This document shows, piece by piece, positions 1-11,785 of a stretch of DNA of 64,000 bases; the first letter of the stretch is position 1, and each line of letters opens with the position of its first letter. The notes under the pieces are model-generated. The model ran no database searches and was not told where the DNA came from. It was given only the letters and a program-made list of their open reading frames with translations. Source of the DNA: Nemertoderma westbladi (Eukaryota > Animalia > Xenacoelomorpha); contig JAUCBJ010001372.1 of the NCBI GenBank assembly GCA_032718475.1, positions 1 through 64,000 of the forward strand, written 5' to 3'. The translations under genes were made by a program, and so were the position numbers.

Positions 1-371
1 AGAAATAGAAGATGTACACCAACTTAAATTACTTAAACCTAACTTAAATCAATAGCATGAAATATAACAAACATAATCAATCATCATACCAAACATAACA
101 CATGACACCATGAAAATGCATAAAGACATAGGGAATATAAATGGAAACATAAAAAAAATTAATTTATACTAAATCAAATTACTGAAACACTATTCCAGGT
201 CAGGGAAGTTAAACTTTTATTAGCATTGCAACTAACGAATGAAAGTGCTCTTGTATTGTATATTTATATTGTCCTACTTCTTTCACTTTTACTTGTATTG
301 TTGAAAGTATGTACAATAGTATGAGTGTACATTGTACACTTACACTGTATTATCATGCAATTTAGAAGTAA

Positions 372-895
372 TTTTGCCGAAACGCAACTTTTTTGCCGAA
401 TCGCGTAACTGTTGCAGTAACGCAACTTTTTGCCGAAATGCAAATTTTTAGCCAAATTACACTTTTTTGCCGAAATGCGACTTTTTTTGCCGAAACGTAC
501 CTTTTTTTGCCGAAACACGAGAGTTGGTGAAACACGTAGACACCGCCCTTCCTCTGGTGTTGTCGCGTTTCGGCAACTAATAGTAGCGTTAGAGCCATGT
601 TTTGGCAACTCAAAGTCGCGTTTCGGCAACATGATAACAAGGTTGCGTTTCGGCAACTGAGTGATGCATTTCGGCAACTCATAGTTTCATTTCGGCAACT
701 CAGAGTTTCATTTCGGCAACTCATAGTTTCATTTCGGCAACTCATAGTTGCATTTCGGCAACTCATAGTTGCATTTCGGCAACTCATAGTTTCATTTCGG
801 CAGCAGTTAACAGGATGCGCTTAGTCAAACTGATAGATGCGTTTCGGCAACTGATAGATGCGTTTCGCCAACTGATAGATGCGTTTCGGTAACTC
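372..895. repeat. Two oppositely oriented arrays of ~20-21-bp repeats (TTTTGCCGAAACG.. then ..TTTCGGCAACTCATAG..), probably DNA-transposon subterminal repeats
   Basis: GCCGAAA core repeated 372-520 and its complement TTTCGGC repeated 562-895. The repetitive ORFs (MSCRNAT)n are by-products. Confidence 0.8.
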
Positions 896-1542
896 TTAAA
901 CAAAGGGCAACTGGATACTGTATTTATAGAGCCTACAGTATAGATTATTACCTTTGCCTCAATACGTTTCCCATTATTCATTTTCATTCTACACTGTACA
1001 TTAGTTTACCCACGCCTTCTCCAACACTACTGACTAGTACCGGGGCGGCCTACACAAAACCAACAATAAATGAATTATTATTATTGTTATTATGTCTGAT
1101 CCATAAAATCAAAGTTAGGGCTACTACACCTGTCGTGGAAGTCTATATCCCCTTGTAAGCATATATTGTACCATTAAGCCCGAGTGAGCAAAATATTAAA
1201 AAAAAATCATTCACAAAAATTAAAAAAAAATCACCAATTCAACAAAATAGTAACTGAAATTAATTATTACTGAAAAGTTGTAGCTGGAAACCCCACCTAG
1301 CAAGGTGAGCTTTGCATTGTATTAGAAAAACTCCACTTGGAAATTGTAAACGGGATTTGTGTTTCCGACAGACAGACAGACTCCAGTTCCACAAACGTAC
1401 ACATCCACTACTTCAGCTGCTGTATATTTAAAATTAACTAACGAACTCAAATAGTTAAACAACTCTGCCGTCAAAAACTATAACTAAGTGCAGTCACAGT
1501 TACATTTACATACGAGGGTCGAGGGTGTGTCGAGGATGAGAC

Positions 1543-1695
1543 CTAGTTGCCGAAACGCGACTTCAGTTCGCCGAAATGCAACTTACGAGTTGCATTCCTA
1601 TCAAACACAACTATAGCAGTTGGTAAAACGTAATTGTTCAGTTGCCGAAACGCGAATTTGAGTTGCCTAAACGTGACAGTTGCCGAAACGCGACA
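1543..1695. repeat. Further array of the same GTTGCCGAAACGCGA repeat, inverted relative to 562-895
   Basis: AGTTGCCGAAACGCGACA (~1678-1695) is the exact reverse complement of TGTCGCGTTTCGGCAACT (~562-579). Confidence 0.7.
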
Positions 1696-2289
1696 GAACC
1701 CTTCCACTACAACCACCCTATCATTAATAGATAGCCCACCAGGATGTATACAAGAAGACCTAGGTATATATCTATAGGTCCATGTAACTGAAGAGAACAA
1801 AGTATCCGTCACATCACGTTTTATTTTTGAGAGTAATCAGCTGTTATTTGCGTCGAATTTCCCTTGGAGGGGGATGAATTTTTATTGCATCCAGTTTACC
1901 CCCTTTCTGGCAATGCTATAGTAATTAATTGTTATGGTAATAATATTGTGCAAAATTGAACTCGCCAATAATGTATTGCAAAGATAATTCTTTACTAATA
2001 ATTGTACAGTAGATAGGCCTACAGTATAATTAGTCCAATTATACAGTTACACTAGTTCGATTACATACATGACGTAGTTTTTTGGGGTAAAACAGAGTTT
2101 AATGATTTATTATAGGAATTTTAGTATTATTCCCCAGTAGTTTTCGTACTTTTAGTATTATTAATTTGTACTTTAGTACTTTTCATTCATAAAATCAATT
2201 CATATTATAATTATTTGTTTCTGTAAATTCATACAATATTAATTTCGGTATAAAATCTTACAAGATACAACATTACGTACATTAAATAT

Positions 2290-2448
2290 TTTCGGTACGT
2301 ACCCGGTACGACACTTAACCTACAATAGTAACTACAATAGTTACGGTAGTTAAAGTTCAATAAATGTTTTCGGTACGTACCCGGTACGATACTTAACCTA
2401 CAATAGTAACTGCAATAGTTACGGTAGTTAAAGTTCAATAAATGTTTT
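2290..2448. repeat. Tandem duplication, ~78-bp unit x2
   Basis: TTTCGGTACGTACCCGGTACGA..GTTAAAGTTCAATAAATG occurs twice in tandem. Confidence 0.85.
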
Positions 2449-3059
2449 CATCTCACCATACAAACAAAGTTGTATTTAGTTGACTTTAGAGCAAGTTTGG
2501 TGTTAAATATATTAATTGATGAACTGATGCTATTGATTTAGCCATTTTAATGTAAAATTAATATTTGTAAAAATATCCAATTTATTTAATTATTTATTTT
2601 TTATTTTTATTTATTATGAAAAACTTGCATGCACACAAATAAATTGTAACTAGGTAATAATTGGAGTAAAGTCAAATAATTAGTAAATTACGGTAAATAA
2701 AAAAAATATTATGAATATATTTGACTTGATGCATAGTAAAGACGGAGGTTGATCGGGAAGGCCCATTGCATCAACCACCGGATAGACAATAATAATATGA
2801 ATAATATATTAAATGGTATGTTAAGGCTGATAATATACATCTAATGCACAGTATGTAAGGAACAAAGTTATATTTAGTTGACTTTAGAGCGAGTTTGGTA
2901 TTAAATATATCATTTGGTGAACTGATATCTTTTTTATCTTTTTTCTTCATTATCTTTTTATAATAGAATCCTATTAGTTCCTGGCTATTTCGTAAGTTAT
3001 TATAGATTTATAGATAGGTTTAAACAATATAATTAAATAGGATTCAACGAATAGAATGT

Positions 3060-3925
3060 TCTTCAAGTATGTCGAAGAGGCCGCTATTGTTAGTGGAGTC
3101 TACAGTTCCTAGGATCGAGGCCGAGTTGCCGATTAGGATGGCTATCAGGAGTCTTTGCAGCAGGAATCGATGAGACCGGGGTTCCTGTGTTGCTTGTCGA
3201 ATCTTCCTGCCGACCTCTTTCAGGAATGAGGTTGTTGCTGGTCCTGGCTGGCCAAGCGTTTCGAAGGCTACTGGTGCGAAGAGGTATCCGTGGTCTACTA
3301 GTTCTTTGTACTTTCTGGATTTGGTCTCTTCTTGCTCCTCGGCAACACGACCTCCTGCTCATAGACTGGTAGCGAGATGGCTGGGCGCTAGAGGGTCTAC
3401 GACCGTCGCGTCCCACGTCAGGGACTTACCACGCGACCAAGGGATGAGGGTCATGCCGTCTGGGCGTTTACCGTCCGTTCGACAGAGGCCTGGCGGCTCC
3501 AGGATGGACGGAACACCACAGCTGGAGAGTGCGCGCTTTATGATGTCATTTAGTGCCGTGTAGCGCGGAATCCGCCCCAAGCTCCTCTGGCAGGACAGGC
3601 CATGTAGGCCTTCGGTATCGACTTCCTTACCGCATCTGGCACATGTGTGTTGTTCTGTGACTTGACAGCCTAGTCGAGTAGCGATTGAGAGGCGGAGCTG
3701 ACTGTCAGTTAGCTTTAAACCTAGCGACGACGATGGTAGCGCGTCTATCCAGCAACCGGCGACAGGGTCATCTAAAGAGTTTAGTCGAGCGATATTCTTC
3801 GGAGAAGCGGTGCGGCGAAGTGACGCGAGGTTCTCTTCATGGATCGGGTTTGTCCAAGACTTCTGCATGTTTACAGAGGACGCTGAAGGTTGCTCGCAAT
3901 CAGTGGCCACCGATCTCTTATTGTT
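3060..3925 (-). mobile_element. 5'-truncated CRE-like non-LTR retrotransposon (C-terminal CCHC knuckle + restriction-like endonuclease), pseudogene
   Basis: CARC..HGLSC knuckle and KRPDG..WDATV RLE motif. After an in-frame TGA at ~3359 the frame continues ..KSRKYKEL..FAPVAFETLG..FLLQRL..GNSASILGT, typical of CRE-clade C-termini. Confidence 0.85.
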
Positions 3926-3958
3926 ACAAGAAAAAAATATTAATATATTTATATTTAC

Positions 3959-4505
3959 TGTTAGCTTATTCAATCCCGCTAACACCCCATAAAGTTAAGC
4001 CGATAAGCAATATTGGGGGCCACGAGATTGGGTAATCAACCAACTCGTGCCACCCCAACAAAATGGGAAGGAGAAACACAATGAGGGTCAGGGGCCAAAC
4101 CCCTAACCCAGAGAGAACAGGTGGAGTGAACGGGAACACTCCAAAGGGCGCCAACAAGGGTATCAACCAATCAGAGGGGGGAAAGGCATCGATTAGGTAG
4201 AGTAACAAGGCCAACCGTGCAATATAGCCACTTGGCAGTAATCATTTCAGTTCAGTTATCTCAGTATCATATTGGTGCTAGTTAGGTTAGTTAGTTTAGC
4301 TAGGGAAGGACCGGGACTTTAATTACCGTATCCCGCCTTCTGTATACGACAACATTATCCATATACCTATATCTATATACCCTATATCTATATCAGTTAT
4401 TATATACGACGAACGACACGAACTCCTAATACCTTTCATACACACGGCGGGGACGCGTAAACTAAACAACCGGATAAACCGGGATCCTTCCTGGATCCCG
4501 TCACA
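3959..4505 (+). repeat. 5' LTR (547 bp)
   Basis: TGTTAGC...CCCGTCACA; only 2 mismatches to the 3' LTR seen by eye. Confidence 0.97.
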
Positions 4506-4567
4506 GTAATTAAATCCGAGCTGTTCCCCTAGCCAGCTAAACCACCAGCCACCAATCACCAAGCGAG

Positions 4568-7500
4568 ATGAGCCAGTCGGGAGAGACAACGCCGACGCGG
4601 ACCCCGGACGAAGAATTAACGATCCGCGAGGCCGCAACCAGGCGGTACAGGCCCACAACGCCGGACCCATCGGTAACGGGTCATCCGGCAGTCCAGGATG
4701 AGGGGGGCCGCCTGGAACCCGAGGTCGAGCCAAGAGAAGGAGAGAGCGAGACGGAGGGAGACGGAGACGAGTCGACACGAGACGTGGGTCGACGTACCGA
4801 TGTCGCCGGCCAGCCACAGGCCGAGGGCGACGAGCGGCCCACCGAAACGGCGACGGTGGGGCCGACGGTACGACGCCGGACCCGAAGAGACGGAGGAGAT
4901 GTCGGTACCGATGTCGCCGGCCAGCCACGGGCCGAGAGCGACGAGCGGCCCACCGAAACGGCGACGGTGGGGCCGACGGTACGACGCCGGACCCGGAGAG
5001 ACGGACGAGAGGTCGGCGACGAGGACGTCGGGGTTTCTGATCGACTTCGACGGGCCTACAACGCGACCCGGAGACTATTAAAGGAGGCCAGAGGAGGGGC
5101 GACGATAGACAAGGTAAAACTAAAGAGAGGACTAGGTGAGTCGAATAGACACTTTTATTATCTAATGCGCTTCGGGCAAAGAGGACTGGCCGAGGAGAGA
5201 GCGAGAGGGGTTGCCGAGGAACTGTATGACTTATGGCGGTATGGGGGTATAGAACCTAGCGTAGTGTACGTAGGGCCGTACTTAGTCGATGCCCGGGGAG
5301 TAAAATTAGTGGGTTGGGAGAGACCTGAGGAGGACGAATCCGAGGTTAACCCCGAGGATTCAGCCTCGTCGGTCGGAGGAAGTTCCGGGAGGCGGGGGAA
5401 GGTTAGTAGGACGGGGAGGCGGAGGGAATCCGTTACAACCGATAAGTCTGCTACATCCTCCGTGAAAGAAAGACGGGTGAGAGAGATAAATGCCGCGTAC
5501 CGTCTCGATTTAATAGAGCAAGGTCAAAGGGAAGTAGGTAGACGGTTAGAGGAGGGGAGAGTGCTGCTAGAGAGGGAAATGGCGTTGATTAAGGAAACCG
5601 GAGAGAGGGCCGAAAGGGCCGCGAGAAGCCTTAGGGAGTGTGAGGAAGTAGGGAGGAAGGAACAAGAAGAGCGCGAGGCGAGAGAGAAAATTGAGCGCGA
5701 AAGAGCGTGAGGCGGAATGTAGGGAACGTGAGGTGAGGGAGAAAAATGAGCGCAAAGAGCGTGAGGCGAAAGAGGAAAACGAGTGCAGAGAGCGCGAGGA
5801 GAGAAAGGAAAACGAACGCAGGGAGCGTGAGGCGAGACGAAGGGAGGGGGCTAGAAGAGAGTTGGAATTGGCCGAACGGGATGCACGGGAGTGTAAGGAG
5901 AGAATGGCAAGGAAGGAGTGTGAGCAAAAGGAACTAGAGAAACGTCAAGGTGAGCTTACAGGGTACAAAGCTGTACATACGCGCGAACGGGAATTGGCGC
6001 GAGTAGGGGCGTCTGAGAGTGGGGCTAGCTCGAGTATTTTCGAGGAGCCAGGGGCCGTGGATACATTTATTAATACCCCACTTACAGGGACCGCACGACA
6101 GACCCAAGACTGGTGTGACCGTACGGGCGGGGGGGGGGGGGGGGTAATAATAATGCTATAGTAGACGTCGTTAATATTAATAGTACCGTATGGGATAACT
6201 CTAACCAAACCTTTATTGCAGCAAATAATGCTTTACCTAGTAGCAGTAATTTAAATTTAAGTACAAATAATAATTTCAATTTGAACGTGCAAAATAATTC
6301 AAATAATTTAAATAATGATCCAAGCCCGAATTTACAAAATAATTCAAATGATTTTGTTTCAAACGAACAAATTAATTCCGTTTCCAATATGGGTGCTATT
6401 AACATGAACACGTCGGGCGTGTATGGCCAGGCAGACGGGGGCCTGGTAGGCCGTACAATTGGTAGGTCGGAAGTGGCGGGATTGAGCCAACCCAGAGAGG
6501 GCCTGGTAGGCCACGTAGTTGGTAGGCAGGGAGCGGCTGGGTTGGGTAGACCCAGTGAGGGCCTGGTAGGCCACGTAGTTGGTAGGCAGGGAGCGGCTGG
6601 GTTGGATAGACCCAGTGAGGGCCTGGTAGGCCACGTAGTTGATAGGCAGGGAGTGGCTGGGTTGGACAGACCCAGCGAGGGCCTGGTAGGCCACGTAGTT
6701 GGTAGGCAGGGAGTAGAGGGCCTGGTAGGCCACGCAATAGCAGAGGGGGAGGCGGGGGTGAATAGACCCGACCGCGGTAGGGTTGATGTGTCGACTAGAG
6801 AGGGATATAGTAGCGGGGTGAGGGATAGCGAAGTTAGATGTGGCGAGTGGGGGGGGGGGGCTACAGGGGCCCCACAACAGCGAGTTAGCGGCGAAAGGGG
6901 GGGGGGCAGGGAGTGCTCCACAGCCGTCAGCGGATAATGCGCGGGCCGAAATAGGTAAACCGCAACACCCGGCGACGGAGAGTAATAGGGGGATTGCGAG
7001 TATCCCCAGCGGCGTGCGACCGAGCAGAGAGAGACAGGTTGACGTCGTGAGAGGGCGGACGAAGCGTCGAGCCCGATCAGAAGAGGGAAGAAGAACAGTG
7101 GGGTTTAACCGGGAGGTCGACGAGAGATCTCACGAGCGGGAATACTACACTGAAAGGAGAGGAAGAGAAGACAGTAGTAAAAGTATCGCCGCGAACGATA
7201 GAAGAGCGAGGACGGATAGCGAGCCGTCGGTAGTCGAGATGAGAACGGAGAGTCAGTGGGGTCGGACTCCGGGAGATTGCCGTCGCCCCGGAGAGATGCG
7301 ACCTGGCGAGGTGCATTACGCGCCGATGGAGGGGTACACGATGTACCGGTACGAAGACGAGAACAGTAGAGAGGGAGGTCGAAGAGAAACTTTCCGACGG
7401 AATGTACCTACCGATCGAGAATACGGTAGCCGCGGGGAGGACTATTCGAGAAGAATAAACTTCGATCCCGAGCGACACATGCAGACTGTAGGACATACTG

Positions 7501-10477
7501 TAGGCCTTACTGCACATACCATAGGCCATACTGAGAGAGGCAATGTAGGCGATAGGATAGCGCGGACAACGGGATTAAACCCGGAAGTCGCGGAATACAT
7601 ACCGGCGGGTAGGCCAGAAGCTGATAGGCCTATACCGGTACCAGTACAGCAGTATGACTACAGCATGCAGGGACATAACATATACCCAGGGGAGGGGGGA
7701 ATTATTGCGGATAGGTGTATGGGCCCCAACATATTAACATCAACCCCAGTACCAAACATACCGGTGGGGGGGGGGGACAGGGTGACATTCCCCCATCACA
7801 ATATCAACAATATACCCCGATAGGAGCAAGAACAACGAGACCTTTGGATGAAAATAGGTCGTGTGACACAGAGATATGGAGGGGGCCGCTACCCCCGATG
7901 ACATACCCAAGTCAAAGAAGATCAAGAAATAGGACGGACGAACCGCACCAGACAGGAGAAACTATACAGCATCCATCGAACCCATTGGAAGTGCAGGCGA
8001 TGGGGATGGCCACGTTGATCGATGCGTTGAAAACGAGGATCGAGTTACCACCCGTGGAACCATTCAAATTCGATGGGAGTAGGCCGGAAGAATATCTACA
8101 GTTTCGGCGCATGTATAGTAACGAAATACTAACAAAAAACTTGACGCAGGCGGAGTGCCTAAAGTATCTGCAAGTATACACGGGAGGCCCAGCATACGAT
8201 ATCGTGAGGCAATATCAAGGAATAGAGGGCGGCTTCACGACAGCATGGCGGGCACTGGACAGGGAATACGGGCACCCGGCCAAGATCATCAGACAGACAC
8301 TGAGAGGCATAACATCGGGTGGCCTACAGGATAATCCCGTTAGCATTAAGACGTTCGCTAACAAGGTCGAAAAGGCGCTAATCGTGCTGAAGACGCTAGA
8401 CGCGCCATACGAGCTCAACGCGTCCAATAACATCACCACGATAGCACAGGCACTACCAAACTGGCTGCGCAACAAGTGGAGGAAGATCGCTTTCTCCACT
8501 CGAGACAAGAAGGGTGTGGAACCGGGTTTAGAAGAAATGTCAAGCTTCTTAAACTACGAGGCTGAACTAATAACTGACCCAGTCTATAGCGAAGATAGCC
8601 TGGGAAAGGGACCGAAGACGGATTACCATAGACCGAAACCAGAGCACAATACATCAAACGCATTACCGAGGCTCAGGCAATCATTGCCATATGCAGCGAC
8701 GCAGGGGACTGCAAGTCCACAGCTAGCCGAAGATAAGACAACACCATGGAACGGACAGGGGAACAATAACAACACGAATAAATATAACCCCAGTACGTCC
8801 AGTAGGCCGAATCCAAACAATAAGAATAGTAGGGACTTTGGTACAAACGCAGCTGCGATACGCAATGCACTGTATAAAGAGGGCTACGACCCAAAGAGCA
8901 AATGCCAGCTACACGCAAATGCGCTTCATCAAACCATGAACTGCAGGTACTGGCAGGCGCTACCTAGGCAAGATCAGATAGATTATGCGTTGAGCAATAA
9001 AATCTGCTCGCGATGTGTGATGAGTGGACATAGAGCAAGGGAATGCAAGGAGAAGCCGGTCAAGTTTGGTCAGAGGAGAGGCCAAACGATGGCGACGAGC
9101 ACAGTAGGGGCGAAGAAGAGAGGAACGGTGTTACTTGGAGTAGTACCCGTGCGAGTGATTGGGGAAGGCAATCGATCAGTAACAACACTAATGCTGGTCG
9201 ATAGTGGAGCTGCCTTCACATTAGTCGAGGAATGGGTGGCCGAAGAGATAGGATTGAGAACGAGGCCAAGCAGAATGGCGGTAACAACCATCTCTAGCAA
9301 AGATGAGATCCTGGAGATGAGAACAGGACGGTGCGCAATTGCAGCAGTGGCACCGGGATGCGACTATGGGGCAACCATCGACCCCATCCAAGTGATAGAG
9401 TCAATTAATATCAATGCCAGGCGGCCAACCAACATCGAGGTCGAGCAGTATAAATTCCTGGACGACATTGACTTCTCAATCCCAGATGTGGACGTTAGGA
9501 AGGTATCCATCATAGTAGGAATGGACTGCCCAACGGCCCACGAAAGAATGCAAACGGTCTTCGGCGAAGACAAGCAGTGTGACCCGGTGGCGATATTAAC
9601 ACCATTCGGGTGGACACTGACAGGCCCAATTAAGAGTAATATACCATTCCATGTGTCTGAGAGTTCAGGATGCATGGTGCCAGGAACTGTCGACGAGATA
9701 GAGGAGAGGCCAGAGATGGGCAATAGTGGTAGACAGCTAGAAGTGGAAGCAACACCAAGAGAGTGGGCGGAGGAGAATGGCATGGATGCAGAAGATCTAG
9801 AGACGATGGGTTGGAACAAGAGTCCCAGCAAGCATCGGTATGGAGATGGAGAGGAGCGGACGGCAAAATGTCCGGGGGACAGGCCGGAGGAGTGTCCGGA
9901 AGAGATGCCGGTCCGGTTGGGAGGCATGCCGACAAGGGGGAGGCCGAGCAGGAGGACTAAATGGAAAGGGAGAAGATTTGAGACGACCAGACCAGGGGCT
10001 GAGAAGCCCGTGGGTGGGCGTGTGATGGACAAAGGAGCCGGGAAAGTAGGAGGCGTGCTGCATACGCACGCGGGACTGACAGAGTGCGAGGGGGCATTAC
10101 ATGGGCAGAGATCGTGTATACCGAAGGACGAACGGGGGTCGTCGAGGCCTTTAATGCCAGCACACATATTAAGGGGGAGGCCAGCAGAGGTGGCATCTAA
10201 GATTAAGGAGAAGAACAGGGGCGGCATTATACCGCCGGGCGACACGTTGAAGGGTGGCACTTTGCCGCCAAGGGACGACCACGAGATCAGAAACATAAAT
10301 AACAGACAGCATTTCCAAAGACAGGAGAAAAGGCCACCAGAATTGACAAGGAGAGCGGAGCGAAGAATTAGAGGACCTGTGGGGTGGCAGTGGGAGAGTT
10401 GCCTGCTGGAGGAATCACCCCTTGGGTCGCTGAGTTGTCCAATAGGTTGGACTGGGATGGAAGAGTTAGATCCATAA
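4568..10477 (+). pseudogene. Long gag-aspartic protease polyprotein of BEL/Pao type, broken by ~5 frameshifts, ending in a degenerate integrase C-terminus
   Basis: ORFs 4568-5710, 5691-6161, 6281-6937, 6840-7823 and 7715-10477 join mostly at G-homopolymers. Motifs: coiled coil, PFKFDGSRPEEY (DUF1759-like gag), CQLH..H..C and CSRC..GH..C knuckles, LVDSGA protease (D at ~9200), PVAILTPFGWTLTGP, and RPLMPAHILRG resembling the BEL IN motif LTPAHFL.G. Confidence 0.85.
6438..6735 (+). repeat. 60-bp in-frame tandem repeat in gag (EGLVGHVVGRQGAAGLDRPS)
   Basis: About 5 copies of GAGGGCCTGGTAGGCCACGTAGTTGGTAGGCAGGG. Confidence 0.9.
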
Positions 10478-10639
10478 AAGGTGCGGGCAGAGGTGTTACC
10501 TGTCTGTTAGAAGGGGCACCTTAGTGGAGTTAGAGAAGAGTTTAGTCGTCCAAGCTTTGGACTGAGGGGGGTGGGATTGAGGGCGAGACGCCCTTCCCAT
10601 ACATAAAAAAATAAAAAAAAATAAAAAAAATAAAATAAT

Positions 10640-11310
10640 AGTACATAGTAGGTACGCAGTTAGTAGGCAGGAGTTAGTCAGTAAGAAGGTACGTAGTACC
10701 TAGAGTTAGTTAGTTAGTTAGTTAGGAGGTACGTAGTACCTAGAGTTAGTTAGTTAGGAGGTACGCAGTACCGTTAGTTAGAGAAGAGTTAGAGGGTACA
10801 TAGTACCTAGAGTTAGTTAGTTAGGAGGTACGTAGTACCGTTAGTTAGAGAAGAGTTAGAGGGTACGTAGTACCGTTAGTTAGAGAGTTAGAGGGTACGT
10901 AGTAGCGTTAGTTAGAGGAGAGTTAGAGGGTACGTAGTACCGTTAGTTAGAGAGTTAGAGGGTACGTAGTACCTAGAGTTAGAGGAGAGTTAGAGGGTAC
11001 GTAGTACCATTAGTTAGAGAGTTAGAGGGTACGTAGTACCGTTAATTAGAGAGTTAGAGGGTACGTAGTACCTAGAGTTAGAGAGTTAGAGGGTACGTAG
11101 TACCGTTAGTTAGAGGAGAGCTAGAGGGTACGTAGTACCGTTAGTTAGAGAAGAGTTAGAGGGTACGTAGTACCGTTAGTTAGAGGAGAGTTAGAGGGTA
11201 CGTAGTACCGTTAGTTAGAGAAGAGTTAGAGGGTACGTAGTACCGTTAGTTAGAGAAGAGTTAGAGTTAGAGGGTATGTAGTACCGTTAGTTAGAGAGAG
11301 AGTTAGAGGT
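10640..11310. repeat. Minisatellite inside the LTR element (~32-35-bp unit GAGTTAGAGGGTACGTAGTACCGTTAGTTA)
   Basis: About 20 direct copies, preceded by an (AAAAAAAAT)n run. Confidence 0.93.
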
Positions 11311-11785
11311 AAAAGGGTATATGAGATATAGATATTAGTTAGCAGTTAGTAGCGAGAGGGGGGCATATGAGTACAGCTGGGTAAATCGTGTGGCCACACG
11401 ACGCATACTGCTGTACTGCTGTACAGGCCCACAGTGTAGGCCAGAATGTGGATTAGAGAATAGAACAATCCATAGGCAATAGTAAGTAGTAGGACAGTAG
11501 AATTAAAATTAAATAAAAAATAAATAGAATAGGGCTGAAAGTTGCAAATAATGGTGTAAAACAAGGAAAGTTATTCTGGAACATAATTAAAGTAACGGAC
11601 AAAAAATGAGCCTAATTTACTCATTTACTAGCTTCAAAATTAATTAGTAACAATTTAGGTTAAAAGGCGCAGTTAAGTAAGAAATAGGCCATTATCGGAC
11701 CGTACAGAACATCCTAGATACATCACTCATCTGTATTGCGCCTTGGTAAGGCACCACCTTGCAGGTGAGCGAGTGAGTGTTCGGA

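Noticed and set aside
3966-4214. Identical hydrophobic 82-aa antisense ORF occurring twice (also 14562-14810)
   Set aside because: It is duplicated only because it lies in the LTRs, and it has a non-ATG start and no recognisable motif.
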